Below, piece after piece: positions 1 to 13,183 of a stretch of 64,000 bases of DNA. The stretch's first letter is position 1. Each line of letters begins with the position of its first letter. Under the pieces are notes generated by a model. That model ran no database searches. It saw only the letters and a program-made list of their open reading frames with translations, and was not told the DNA's origin. This stretch comes from Anthoceros angustus (Eukaryota > Plantae > Anthocerotophyta): NCBI GenBank assembly GCA_010909165.1, contig VJWM01000202.1:186001-250000 (forward strand), given 5' to 3'. Position numbers and translations under genes: made by a program.

Positions 1-487
1 ATCGGCAGCAGTGATGCCTGCATCGCTCGGATAGAAGCATCCAAATCCGCTACAACTGATCTCAATGCATCTCGCACTGCACCTGACTCTTCCAGCTGCG
101 TACGAAATTGTTCAAACAGCGAATCCATCCCAGAAATGCTGCCTAAACGACCGAAAGCTCGCTTGCCGCTTCTTCAGTGTGGATTTCGACCCCCACCGTC
201 CCAGCATTCGGTTCGTAAAACGAGACGCTGAATGTATAACCTTTATTTGCAGTCTAATAACGAATGGCCCGAAAGACTGCAAAACAGGAAGCCTGGCACC
301 GAGCCCTCCGCACTCGCCGCAGGTCCGTCTTTTGGTGCATGCGGTATTTGACGTTCTGCCCCGGTAATCGCTCGTAGCTTTGATGTTGGATGCGCCCCCT
401 TTTGTTGCTGATTTTCTTCGTGGTTGCTTTGATGAGGAACAGCGAAGGACGTGAAGGGGGATCCAGCTGCTGTCCAGGAAGGGCGTG

Positions 488-1948
488 ATGGCCTCTTTGC
501 AGAGGGCAAGGAGAGCTGCAATTTCTATTCACTCTACCCTGCAGTCATCAAGCGGCAGCACAGCTCTTGCGGGCGCAGTGCAGAAGCGGGGTTTGGCTGG
601 GGCTCCAGTGGCACCCCCTCCCCCGCCCCCGCCCGAGAAGACTCACTTTGGAGGGCTTAAGGATGAAGACCGCATATTCACCAACTTGTATGGACAGCAT
701 GATCCGTTTCTGAAGGGAGCTATTAAGCGGGGTGACTGGCATCGGACAAAGGACTTGGTTCTGAAAGGGTCGGATTGGATCGTGAATGAGATCAAGAAAT
801 CAGGGCTTAGGGGTAGAGGCGGTGCAGGGTTTCCGTCAGGGATGAAGTGGTCGTTCATGCCGAAGGTGTCGGATGGCCGCCCCTCCTACCTTGTTGTCAA
901 CGCCGACGAGAGTGAGCCGGGGACTTGCAAGGACCGTGAGATCATGAGACATGATCCCCACAAACTCATTGAGGGATGTTTGATTGCAGGCGTTGGGATG
1001 CGGGCTCGTGCAGGTTACATCTATATCCGGGGGGAGTATGTGAATGAGAGGCTCAACCTTGAGAAAGCACTCAAAGAAGCTTACAAGGCTGGGTATATCG
1101 GGAAAAATGCTTGTGGCTCTGGATACGATTTTGATTTGTATATTTCATTTGGTGCTGGTGCCTACATCTGTGGAGAAGAGACAGCTCTTATTGAGAGCTT
1201 GGAGGGGAAGCAAGGGAAGCCGAGATTGAAGCCTCCTTTCCCTGCTAACGTTGGGCTCTATGGCTGTCCGACAACGGTGACTAATGTAGAAACAGTAGCC
1301 GTTTCTCCTACCATCCTTCGGAGAGGACCAGAGTGGTTTGCTAGCTTTGGGAGGAAGAACAATGCAGGTACCAAGCTGTATTGCATATCGGGACATGTGA
1401 ACAAGCCTTGTACTGTGGAGGAAGAAATGAGTATCCCACTGCGAGAGCTTATTGAAGTGCATTGTGGGGGAGTTCGTGGAGGTTGGGACAATCTCCTGGC
1501 TATCATTCCAGGAGGCTCGTCTGTGCCTTTGCTTCCCAGAAGTATCTGTGATGATGTGCTGATGGATTTCGATGCGCTGAAAGCTGTGCAATCTGGGCTT
1601 GGAACTGCAGCAGTTATTGTTATGGACAAGTCAACGGATGTTGTGGATGCTATTGCACGTCTCTCATATTTTTATAAGCACGAGAGTTGTGGACAGTGCA
1701 CTCCTTGCAGAGAGGGAACTCCGTGGCTTTGGCAGCTAATGGAGAGGTTGAAGGTGGGGAATGCCAAGCTGGAAGAGATTGATATGCTCCACGAAGTCAC
1801 CAAGCAGATTGAGGGTCACACGATCTGTGCTTTGGGTGATGCAGCAGCCTGGCCCGTCCAGGGCTTAATTCGCCATTTCAGGCCGGAGCTTGAAAAGAGA
1901 ATATATGAGAGGGCGAAAAAGGAAAGCGAGCTAGCAGCGGCAGGCTAG
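488..1948 (+). CDS. NDUFV1: NADH:ubiquinone oxidoreductase 51 kDa flavoprotein subunit (mitochondrial complex I), intronless CDS
   Basis: 486-aa ORF from ATG 488. Arg/Ser-rich presequence, [42 protein letters not shown] (FMN/NADH) and the [11 protein letters not shown]...C 4Fe-4S motif. Confidence 0.97.
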   Translation: MASLQRARRAAISIHSTLQSSSGSTALAGAVQKRGLAGAPVAPPPPPPPEKTHFGGLKDEDRIFTNLYGQHDPFLKGAIKRGDWHRTKDLVLKGSDWIVNEIKKSGLRGRGGAGFPSGMKWSFMPKVSDGRPSYLVVNADESEPGTCKDREIMRHDPHKLIEGCLIAGVGMRARAGYIYIRGEYVNERLNLEKALKEAYKAGYIGKNACGSGYDFDLYISFGAGAYICGEETALIESLEGKQGKPRLKPPFPANVGLYGCPTTVTNVETVAVSPTILRRGPEWFASFGRKNNAGTKLYCISGHVNKPCTVEEEMSIPLRELIEVHCGGVRGGWDNLLAIIPGGSSVPLLPRSICDDVLMDFDALKAVQSGLGTAAVIVMDKSTDVVDAIARLSYFYKHESCGQCTPCREGTPWLWQLMERLKVGNAKLEEIDMLHEVTKQIEGHTICALGDAAAWPVQGLIRHFRPELEKRIYERAKKESELAAAG

Positions 1949-2852
1949 CTCTACTAGCACGCAGTGGAATTCCTAGTTCGTTACTCTTGGAAGACTTGAA
2001 GACAGTCTGCCAGTGTTTTAGTGATTTAAATTCAATATAGAATAAAATCTGTTAAGGTCCTGACTGTTCTCTTGTGAGCGTTCTCTTTTTCAGGATATCT
2101 GTTGGAGGTAACAAATACTAGTGAACCTTTGAGTCTACAGGATCTTGTTGGAAGGAGTTTTCTGTTCCATCTTGGCAAGCATTTCTTAGTAGCATGGGTT
2201 TTAGGCAGAATTGGTGCAAGCTGTGCCCCCTCAGAGCAGGAAGCTTCGTGGAATCGCATTCTGGCTATAGACTTGTGATAATCAGAACAAATTGTTTCAG
2301 GTTGCCCTTCCGAGGTGTTTGTGACAGGCTTGCCCTGCAGCTTTGCGCATGTGCTGCGGACCAGGGAGAACATTCAAGCTTGCGCAGTCGACGAAGTAAA
2401 CACTTCAGAAGCTATGTGGTGTGTATACTCTTTGGCAGCAATCAGGCATCAGAAGGACTTCAAGAACGTGGAACCGTGACGCAACGTACTTTTGTCCACT
2501 TCTTTTTACATATATGTGATCCAAGTCGGCGAGTGTCAGCTGACGTTAAAATAAATCTGCAATTGCACTTCGGGTATCTGATAATATGCTGTAATTGCAC
2601 TTGACCTATCACTGACTCATCGGTCCCCGCACTATTTGGAATAGTTGCCCCGCACTATGGAGGACTGAATACCCGAACAGTCAGCTGTTGTCTACACGTC
2701 TGGCCATTTTCTTGTCCCAAAGTTTGAGGGAAATTATTTTTATCGTTTTAGACTCGAATTATATAGTTTTTAATTACGAAAAAAATGTACTCCATAATCT
2801 CCACGCCAAGCTCTTTCCAACAAGCTTTCATTTGCCTCGTTTGAACGTTTGA

Positions 2853-3328
2853 AACAAAGAATGCAAATGGTGCCTCCATCAAAACTAGGAGCTTGTTCTC
2901 CAACAAACTATCTCAAACAAAGAATGCAAATGGTGCCTCCATCAAAACTAGGAGCTTGTTCTCCAGCAAACTATCTAATTTGATAGGTCCAGTCGTTCTC
3001 GGGTGAACCATACACAAAGAAGAATAGAAGAAGAAGGCTGGTCGTTCTCGGGTGAACCATACACAAAGAAGAATAGAAGAAGAAGGCTGAACCATACTCG
3101 AAGAAGAATAGAAGAAGAAGTAGCATATCATACTTTCGAAATTGGGAAAGGAATTGTAATAAAATGAGTATTCATGATGAAACAATTATCGAACCCGAGT
3201 GGTGTGAACCTATGTCATCGTGCAAAACCAAATGCCAAGACTATATAGTCCAACGGACCCCATGAGTGGTGTGAACCTATGTCATCGTGCAAAGCCAAAT
3301 GCCAAGACTATATAGTCCAACGGACCCT
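2853..3328. repeat. Cluster of short local tandem duplications (about 62 bp x2, about 50 bp x2-3, about 67 bp x2)
   Basis: Direct repeats aaacaaagaatgcaaatggtgcc...ctatct, gtcgttctcgggtgaaccatacac...gaagaaggctg and gagtggtgtgaacctatgtc...cggaccc. Confidence 0.85.
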
Positions 3329-3499
3329 ATGCTTCATATTAATGTGAAGTACTATAATATACTTGTTCATCTTCTTCCATTCATCTACAGCGGAGCATAC
3401 AAGCCCCGGTTGCAAGAGCACGGGCCAGCGCCCCGGTTTCAAGAGCACAGGCCAGCGTCCAATCGGAACGAGGAACAAAAAGCTAGTTGGTGAAAGTAT

Positions 3500-3573
3500 T
3501 GCTCTAACTGAGAGTTGAACTCAGGACCTCCCGCTTACTAAACGGGTGCTCTAACCAACTGAGCTATCAGAGC
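3500..3573 (-). tRNA. trnT-AGT: tRNA-Thr (anticodon AGT)
   Basis: Reverse complement GCTCTGATAGCTCAGTTGGTTAGAGCACCCGTTTAGTAAGCGGGAGGTCCTGAGTTCAACTCTCAGTTAGAGCA. It has a 7-bp acceptor stem, D arm, anticodon arm CCCGT-TTAGTAA-GCGGG and a GTTCAA T loop, with an oligo-T Pol III terminator about 20 nt downstream. Confidence 0.95.
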
Positions 3574-6500
3574 AGGCGACATCTGCAATTGAGATCAATT
3601 TAAATAAAAAAATTTTAAACGATCAAAACACTCTGAACAGCATGTTGCCCGCACTCAAATCATTTGGAGCGATTTGTGCATGAAGCTGCATCATCCCGTT
3701 CTCCAGTAGTTGGAATCGTAAGCCTGCACTCGTCTGTAACGAATCCTATGCCTGCACACGACTGAAACAGGCCGAACAAGTGTGAAAGAATGGAGTGCAG
3801 CAACGCCCGATTCTTGCATCAGGTTGCGGCCCGCGGGGCAGGTTGGGTCGGGGCGAACGCCGCTTTCACTTCATTGGCCACTTTATGCCGTCTGCGAGAT
3901 GGGACTGGGGAGCATGAGGGCCTGGTCTGGTCCGCCCTGACTGAACCGCTCATCCATAAATGCTCCCTGTCCCAAGTTGCACCGAGCTGCCAAGGAATCA
4001 GCAGGATCTTGCACGCGTCGCACTTATGTTCTTCTTTGTGATGGATAGGCGAGTGCGAAGCCCGAAGTGATACAAAGCCCCTTCTTTGGCCAACATCGCA
4101 GAGCTCAATGCAGCTGCTTGTCACAAACAGACAGGAAATAGAAGACTCGAAGAAGCAACCGACTACTGCCAAAGGGTTTCAGGTGAAGTTTGCATCAGCA
4201 ACGTTCGCATCAGAGACGTTGGAGAAGGATGTGGCGGCTTTAAAAGAATCTGAAGCCCAGGCTTCCGCTGAAAAGGTTGAAACCAAAAGGCTTCTCGACA
4301 AAGCAAGCACAGATCCGAAGGCAGCAAAGTCAGCCAGCGAAAACTGGGCTGGATACTGTGAAAGCAGCAACGGCGGCCAGTGAAGATGAACTGGACAAGA
4401 GTCGGGAACCCCTTATCTCGACGCAAATCGAAGAAGAACACATGCGAAAAGCTGTCAGGTGGTTAGTTAGCAGCTGCGGATGCGGTGGGAAGGGGCTGGT
4501 GGAGTGACACCCAGCGAAATACGGATGGTGCCATAAAGAGACTTGCAGTTCATGAGTCTACTGAGACTTGAAGTTTGAGTCCACTGAAGAAATGAATACA
4601 AAGGAGAAGAAGGCGGAGAAGAAGGAGAAATTGATGAAGGAGGAGAAGGGCTGGTGAATGGAGTGTGGCCCTGAGCTACCCTTCCAAATGCAGCCTACTC
4701 AACTATGCTGTACCCTCGAGGACCCACACCTCGGGAGCCGGGCACCACGGGCAGCGGAAAACGGACGCAGTCCCGCGGGTGGTTCTCGATCCCGAATTTT
4801 CAGTCACGTATCACGTCTCAAAACCTTCGACCTCTCACCTGTTTCAGCGTTTTGTTGTCTTTTGTTCGAAGAGTCTTGGAAAGGGCTCATCGAATCGAGG
4901 AGGGAGTTCGATTCTAGTTCGATTCTTCAACACTCCTTCCTCGATTCTATGAGCCTTTTCCAAGACTGGTTGGAATTTGCTAAGCATAGTAGGATGCAGC
5001 AGGATGAGGTGATATGCTGGGAATTTTAGCTGATTTATTGGTCCAGAAATGAGAAAGAACTAATGTATTTTCAGTCGGAACGACTTGAATTGAGTCATGG
5101 TAGGTTTAACATGCCCCTCTCACCGGTCTCTGGCCATGTCTGTTATTTTGCCTATTTTATGAAGTGTAGAATTTTCTTAATGACAAACCGCCAAAGAATC
5201 ATTTTAAAACGGAATCAAAATGAAGGGCTTAGTTAACGATCCTCATAATTAAGGTTTGATTTCGTGAAACAAATACTTAGAAGAAGAAAGAAGAATTTAA
5301 TTAAAAGTTATTAAAAATAAAACCATCAAACATAAAAACAGAGCTAGACTTTATGAAGAAAAGACCTTAAGGTATTTTAAACACAATGGGGGGCTAGGCT
5401 CCCTTGGCTTGGGCCCTCAACAGATTTGTTCCCCATGGTATGGTGTAGATGGGACTTCCCATCTCTGCATATATATAAAAACTCTACATTCTCTTAAAAC
5501 ACCACAACATCTAAAGTACAATCAGATAACCAATGAGTCAAGCCTTCTAGTTGAATCTAGCTTAAGAAATCAAGCTGCTTCATAAGTAGATAATAAAATA
5601 TTAGCTCAAAAATATATTATTTCTGATCATCGGAGACATATTATATTATTATTGATGTGAATGGTTGTCTATTACTGATGGAATTACCACCATGGCTGTT
5701 CACTATTACTAGCAGAATTACCATAATAACACGTTTCTCTAGGAAAGATTAAGCACACCTTTCTTTTGTTGACTGATTTTCTTTAATTTCTCAAAGAACA
5801 ATATACTTATACATATGGGATAAACCCACCTCGAAGAAGAAGAGCACTATATTGAATACATAGAGATGGGATAAACTCAGGACGCTTGGGAAAGACCACG
5901 AGGATCATCTTTTAAATCTCCTTTAACTCTCAAAGTATCTCTGCTCCCTCTCATAACCTATAGTTGTTTCAAGAATATTGTTAATCCACTTGGATTTATG
6001 TATAAAAAGTTATATTTTAATTTCTACAATTTATCTTATTACAAATTGAATGCACATACCTATCTTTTGTACAATGTACAAAGATGGGCAAATAATCAAG
6101 AATATAATTTTGACTACGAGCTCGGTGAAGGTCTTTGGACTGGAGACGTATCTTCTTCTTGAGTAGGTTCCAAGACTTGAGTTAACTCCAATTGCCTGCC
6201 ATCTTCAACTCTGGCAACAGCAATATTTGCTAACTCAGGTGCCCCTCCGATATCTAAGGGGTTGGATGCTAACTCAGGTGCCCCTCCTATATTTAAGGGG
6301 TTAGATTCAACCTCTGCTCCAAGTCTATCTTTACTGATATAATCTTCTTCAATAAAAATATTTTTGCATAGCCTTGCAATAGCCAACTGGATCAAAAACT
6401 ACAAGTCTTAGTAGCAACAATTTTCTAGGTTTTACATAGAAAAAAGTTAAGTTAAAAAAAACCTAAGCCAACAAAACATGATAGAGAGCTAGGCGCTAGA

Positions 6501-9431
6501 AGTAAGAAGCCTTTCATCCATGATTACCTTATGACCATCAGGTTGTTGTACAGCATAAATCAATTCAACATCATCATCTGATGCTTTTTCTAAATGGCCT
6601 GAAATACTAGTGGCACCATCTTGAGGGAGAACTTGATTAATAACACGTGCCCTCATAGCTCTTGGGGATAGCCCTATAATTTGGATGCCCTGAATAAAAA
6701 TGGTGTTCTAGTCATTAACATGCAAAGGTATTTACAAAGATTATTTATCAAAATATGAAGGAAAACATGTAAACCACTAATATGAAAGCATACAAGAGGT
6801 CGCACAACATGCTCATCATCTGTTGTAGGTGAGATTTGAGAAGTAGGCCAATTAGCGATAATTTGTCCATCATCGTCGGCCATAGGCATCTTTGACACTT
6901 TTACCACCATAATGGCAACAAAGATCTGTAGATGGAAAACATGTTTCATGAATTGTTAGCTTTCTTTGTAGATCCTTTATAAATATCAGAATAAAATCAA
7001 TTAAAAATTAAAACTTAGGATGACATGGAATTCTTACTTGATAGCAAAGAAGGATGGAGTAAAGGACAAGTGGAGCAGCACAATTATATTTGTGACATGG
7101 TTGTCTCTTGGCATACACTGCTAGTGATAGCAAGCTAAGTAGAATCTGGGCCACTGAATACTGCACTTACCTCCATCAAAAGATGCACCCAACCAGGGTC
7201 AATATACTTAGCTCAAAGCGTATTAAATTAACTATATAAATAAAATTATGCTCTACAATATTTTACATGTTGAGATACATCATTTTTTTCAAATGAAATG
7301 TATGCAGTTCTATTTACAATACTTTGATAAGAAAAGAGTAAGCCATGGAGATGCTTATGGTTTTAGTCTCTCCACCCAGGAGTTCATGATTTTCATTTTT
7401 AAGATGAGGAACTAAGGCTTTGATAGTGAATTCAATCTGTCATGATCTATACCAAAGGAGCTGAGACTACCAAAGAGGGGATATAGCCTCGCGAACAGAT
7501 GAACGCAACCAGCTCCACTGCTCTGTTAAGCATCATAGGATAAAGGTGCCATGGAAAATAGCTTGCCGTGAATAGCTGGTAGCACAACACTCCAACAATT
7601 TCGATCTATTGAAGAAAATGAGAATGTTTTAGAGTGATAATCGAGATAAAATTTAGTACATAATGTTATCCATCAATGTAAAGATGGTACATTGCTTACA
7701 AGGTCCACTGAGACCAGAAAAGCAAATAAAGCGACCACATATTTGTGAGTTAGAATAATTTGTTGAAATTGCTGGGATTGTTGTTGGGCACCAACATTTG
7801 CTCTCCTTGGCCAAAATCTCCATACTGATGATGATGGCATTCTTTTATCATGAGAATAAATTTTAAATTTAGTATAAGTGAGTCTAGCTGTCAAACTCAA
7901 TAATTACTTGAGATTGTGGACTCCACCTATCACTGCAACACTATTTCATCAAACTTCTAATGTGAAAACAAGCGTAGATATGAGAATCACCATAACTCAC
8001 ACATTTGAAAACATTTCAAAGATTCTCATATTTAAGCTATGGAGATGAAATGACATGTTTGACATGTTTATAACCTCCAATTGATAAGAAGATTTTTTAA
8101 ATTAACAATAAACACATGAAAAAATCAACATTTAGTTCTCCCCATGGATTGTAAAGTTTGATTTATAGAACTGAATACATAGAGGTCTTGCTCAGGGTCA
8201 TGATAGGATGAGTTGGCACAAGATAAAATGTACATGCATACTATTTTAAAATAATAATTTATTAATAGGTGTGTATATGCTGTATATTAAATATCTAAAT
8301 ATCACATCTATGTTTCACTATTATTATCCATATTTTATCCTTATCATAATAATAACTTTGAGCAACGTGGTAAACTGGGAACTCATGTTCAAGAGCATGC
8401 AGGTCCTACGCCAAAGCTTACCATGCTCGCAGACACAATGCTGGGCTTTCGGTTTCCTATGATACAACATTCTTTCGACAACATGTGCCTATTGCCTTCC
8501 AATGAGCACTCACTGCGGTGATCCTTCGTACGGCATCAACACCAAGTGATGCATCGTCTTTTAGTTCAGTTGTATGTAGACCCTTTATTCTTCCTATGTA
8601 CGACATTATCAATGCAATAGGTGACCTTCGGGATGTCCGCTTAACATCAGAAGGACAAGGTTGAAAATGGCTTTTTTGCACAAACCAAGTTTTCTTTATT
8701 TTTCAATGTTATAAAGATTTTTTATTTTCCAAAAAGATTAGGCTCATAGACTTGCACAAGACCTTTCCAACGCACCCAAGCACTACCCATTTGGGTTAAT
8801 TCAGACCACACATTAGGATGCGCTTCTTTCCATCCTCTTCCATATCAAGGTATCAAAATCCATGATTTACGAGATTGGCTGAATGAAAAATATTGCTTGG
8901 CATATCTTCATGATAGTCACACCCAGCCTAGTGAGCACACGGAAAACTAGGAGCTTGTTCATTATGAAAAAAAAAAGAGATACAAGCCTAAACGATTGCC
9001 TTGGCTCCACAACCTCCAACCATGGCCAAACCAAACTAACCACGGCCCGGTCCATGCGAGACCGTCGCACGTGGGTCCATGACCTTTAAGTTTGGCACAT
9101 GAGCCTCCAACCACATAACTTAAAGGCCAATGGAACTCGGTTTGAGCACCCGCTTCTAAACTAGTACACATGAGGGTAAGACGGTTTCGATCAAGGTTTC
9201 GTTGATGTTTTTGGGTCATATTATTAAAAAATTTAAATAAATAATATTGGGAGATAGAGTAGAGAATTTCACATTGAAGGCAAACTTGTGTTGAATTGGT
9301 GTCATACAAATTTTGTTCGAAAAGTGTCGAAAAGGTACTCAAAAACTCGTTTTGAGTAGCATTGTCTTTTTGGGGGTAATTAGTTGCTCTTTTCTTCCAC
9401 GGCTTTTGGGGGTCTCCCTTTGATGTCCTCT

Positions 9432-9632
9432 GCTGGATAGGCTCTTCCCGTCATCTTCTCCCCTCAATAAATATTTATTTCAAGAGCATACTTCATGGCG
9501 AGGTGCTCTTTTCATGAAAGTATAATGAGGCTGGATAGGCTCTTCCCGTCATCTTCTCCCCTCAATAAATATTTATTTCAAGAGCATACTTCATGGCGAG
9601 GTGCTCTTTTCATGAAAGTATAATGAGGCTGG
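9432..9632. repeat. Near-perfect tandem duplication of about 97 bp
   Basis: gctggataggctcttcccgtc...tataatgag occurs twice head to tail. Confidence 0.9.
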
Positions 9633-10263
9633 CATTTTAGAGGGTAACTCTACAGTTCCAATTCTTCTCTTCCTTTGGGGCTAATTTGGGGCTAATTATT
9701 CAAAAGCCGCTTGATATATATTCAGCCGCTTCAAATATTATCATGTTTTGTAGAATGGTACCAAGTTGTTTTTTTAGCGAATTCAAAGACTTTTATAGAT
9801 ATTTCAAAGTGTACATTGAAGTTCCGTACAAGGATTTCATAGGATTAGCCCCGTAGGTGGGCGCACGCATTACGGGACAAGGGCAAGATTATTATATCAA
9901 GCGACACAATAGGACCATGAAATTGGGGATGAATGGCATCTTATCCAAGAACTGAACCAAAGGATACTTAATTGTGGAGTTCCAATGAACTCATGTCTGG
10001 ATGTTAGTGCTTGAAGGGAGAATAATGGGACCAAGTTCACGTCATCCACTTTCCCTGTTGCAATATTGCACCAAAAAGCTCATACATATGTTACTCTGGC
10101 GCACTTTGCGAAAAAATGTCGAGTTGTGCCAGTAGTCATCATAAAGGTATTAATGAGAACGCAAAATGCGAGGACATAGCATGCGAAGGGTGATTGGTTC
10201 AGATCACATTGTCATCCCACTATGTGCTCGCGCCGCACTCCCGTGGGTGCGTTCTTTCGTGCA

Positions 10264-10455
10264 AGGCTACTTTCCCAAAAAGTGTCAAATTTAAAGATTC
10301 ATAAAAAATCAATGGCTACTTTCCCAAAAAGTGAAATTTAAAGGTTCATAAAAAATCAATGGCTACTTTCCCAAAAAGTGAAATTTGAAGGTTAATAAAA
10401 AATCAAAGGCTACTTTCCCAAAAAGTGTAAAATTTAAAGCTTCATAGGAAATCAA
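10264..10455. repeat. Minisatellite, about 50 bp unit x4
   Basis: Unit ggctactttcccaaaaagtg(tc)aaatttaaag.ttcataaaaaatcaa repeated four times. Confidence 0.9.
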
Positions 10456-10590
10456 AGCCTCGAAGAATTTAGGGTTTAGGGCGCACTAGGTAGTGAAGGT
10501 TACTTCTCGTAGTAAAGAATTCTCTCCAAATTATAAAAAAAATAATTTACAAATTTTAACCAATATATTCGGTAAACGTGAAAGAATCTT

Positions 10591-10670
10591 TTAGAAAACT
10601 CACGAACCCCTCAAGAAACGGGGTCCTCATTTAGAAAACTCACGAACCCCTCAAGAAACGGGGTCCTCAT
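10591..10670. repeat. Tandem duplication of about 40 bp
   Basis: tagaaaactcacgaacccctcaagaaacggggtcctcat occurs twice. Confidence 0.9.
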
Positions 10671-12196
10671 GCATGCGATGGGTCCAGATTTTTGGTGCAT
10701 TTAGAAAGAGCTTTTCTTGGAATATGGGCCTAATTATTTTCAGAAAAAAATAATATACTTTGAGAAAACGTATTTGTTAAAAGGTAGTTATTTTCTGAAA
10801 AACGTAGTTCAAGAAAATGTAGCACTGGGATGAGGCAGTGTAGGCCAAAGCTCGGTGGAGTTTAAACGCATTTGTGCAGCTACTTGGGCCGCCCCCGATT
10901 TTGGCTGGCTGTCTCATTTCAAAGTTCAAGATCTGAGGCGGTTCCGTGCTTAGGTCCATACAACAGCAGTGGAGGTGGAGTTGAGGTGTAAAAGATCCTT
11001 TCGTGTTGGTGGAGAGTTTTTACGTTTTTTCTTGTAAAGTGACCACGCTACAAGAACAAGAGTACGGAATTATGCACCAAAAGATACCTTAATATGAACT
11101 CTTGTCATAACTTTTTTGTCCAAGAAAAAGCAAAAAGAGGGGCAAAGGCTCATATTCGGATCCTTTGTCATTCTGGGGTTAAGCTTACACTATTCCCTTT
11201 GCTTGGCCTTTAGGCGGCCTACAACCTATATTAAATGGGGTATATAGAGTGGGTATTTTGATTGATATTTGATTGGGGTGCTTACAGATAGCCTTCATAC
11301 AAGTAGCTAAGATACACCATGGCAGGCATTATTACAAATAACAACTTTATCAACTCCTACTTTTAAATCCATACTTGATTGAGGTGTCTAAAGGGGGCAT
11401 TTAGATTGATACCTGAATGGGGTGCCTAAAGATGTTGTGTGAAAGTAGTCTAGATATATCAGCCTTCATACACCATGGTTTAAGTTATCCTTGCACCTTT
11501 ATTACAAAAAACAAGATGCCCATGTACCAAGTCCAATGATGGAAAGGTTAGTGGACTTAAATAGAATTTTTCTAGCTTCTTGTTAAGGTCATGTTGACTA
11601 TCCACATCCAATATAGTCTTAGTAAAAGGAATAAAAAATTAATAAAACCTCATCCGTGAACTTCTTGCAACACAACTTAAGCCTTTTAGGTCATAAAGAA
11701 GAAAGAAATGAATATATATTTACAAAATATATTTTGTTGGATCCATTCAATAAAATAAATGAAAGCAAAGCAATGTACAGTTTTAAGATAACTAAGAGAT
11801 GAAAGATGAGCTATTTTGGCTAGAAAGCTATTGTATCTCTTGGAAAAAACTATTCATGCTAGTACATCTAGTGTTCCTACCACATACTAGATACTAAAAA
11901 GTATAGTATAATGGTTTATAAAAAATTATTAAATTTCAAACAATACCTATATTACTATCTTTAAAATAAAATTTTAATTAAAGATACTCATCGACTAGGA
12001 CATTACAACATTTCACATGAGTTGATATATAAAAAGAAGAATTTATTAAAGCCCGCTAAGGACGGATTTTCATCATATGATTGATAAGAAGTCAAGAGTA
12101 GGATAAAAGATATAGTATAAGAAGTACAATATAAACTAAAAATCATCAAACATGCCTAGTAATATATTTTAAAATAATTACTTATAATACAAGAGA

Positions 12197-12880
12197 ATGT
12201 CACTCCATGAGGATATTCCAATTTTGAAAAGTTATGAAGATTATTTAAATAATTTTATTTCTGAAAAGGATATGAAGTTTCTAGAAGATGAAAAATTAGC
12301 TCGTTTATTTATGGAACATGGAGTCACTAGGCACATAATAATATCTAGGGAGGAATTCCATAGGCTGAAAGGTTCAGAAGAAATAAACCAGAGAAAGAAA
12401 CTCGGCATTCCACATACCTCACTCCCATTTGGAGAAAAACTAGAAAATTGGCCCCTATTAGACGCAATAGCTCAAAGAGAGCAAAAGATAAGTGACAAAG
12501 AATTAGCTACTATAATATTTATACGCCTCTTTCATCCTAAAGGCTTCTCAATCTCTGGGTATATTGATCTGGCACATCGGTTTCAATCACATAACTTTGA
12601 TCGTGTTTTAGAGCATAGAACTAAACTTTGTCCCAAACCATCCGATCTCTCGTACTACAATTTTCGCACCAAAGCTGTGCTTACTCAATCATCTTGCAAC
12701 TTTGAAGTATTAACAACCATAGAGACACTTATGTTCCAGTGTAAGCTGGATAAGAAGATTATCAATCCAAATCCAAATGCACAACCTGATCATTTGACTA
12801 CGCGTGCACGCATCAATGATCCTGAATACGAAAGTATTGTGTTCTTTGACCACCATGTGAGGAATGAAATTCTACCCTAA
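12197..12880 (+). CDS. CFAP299: Cilia- and flagella-associated protein 299 homolog (C4orf22/DUF4464), intronless
   Basis: 227-aa ORF with family-typical segments SYEDYLNNFISEKDMKFLEDEKLARL, LATIIFIR, ISGYIDLAHRF, PKPSDLSYYN and VFFDHHVR. Confidence 0.88.
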   Translation: MSLHEDIPILKSYEDYLNNFISEKDMKFLEDEKLARLFMEHGVTRHIIISREEFHRLKGSEEINQRKKLGIPHTSLPFGEKLENWPLLDAIAQREQKISDKELATIIFIRLFHPKGFSISGYIDLAHRFQSHNFDRVLEHRTKLCPKPSDLSYYNFRTKAVLTQSSCNFEVLTTIETLMFQCKLDKKIINPNPNAQPDHLTTRARINDPEYESIVFFDHHVRNEILP

Positions 12881-13183
12881 TTAGAATAGAAACTTTAAAT
12901 GAAGCCAAGGGGAAAGAAAGCTACTAATGAGACATACGCAGAAAAGCTTTCTAAGGAGTGCTTCGAAGGTTTTTTTTGTTTTTAGTGGTAAACCTTTTTT
13001 TGTTTTTAGTGGTACCTAAATCTTTTTAGTGCTTCTAAGCCTTTTGCCTATTTGGACTCTCTAAGTATTTTCTTTCAGGATACTCATTTATGTTCTCTTC
13101 CATCATGTGCTTAAATATAAAGAATTTTCTATGAAAAATTTGCCCTTCACATATGCCGTGAAAGATGAAAAGAGGGAAGTAGA

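Noticed and set aside
3790-4660. Short coiled-coil-like ORFs downstream of the tRNA
   Set aside because: Fragmented across frames with no motif; probably TE-derived debris.
6100-7950. Possible decayed minus-strand coding remnants in AT-rich DNA
   Set aside because: Frequent stops and no family motif that I could identify.
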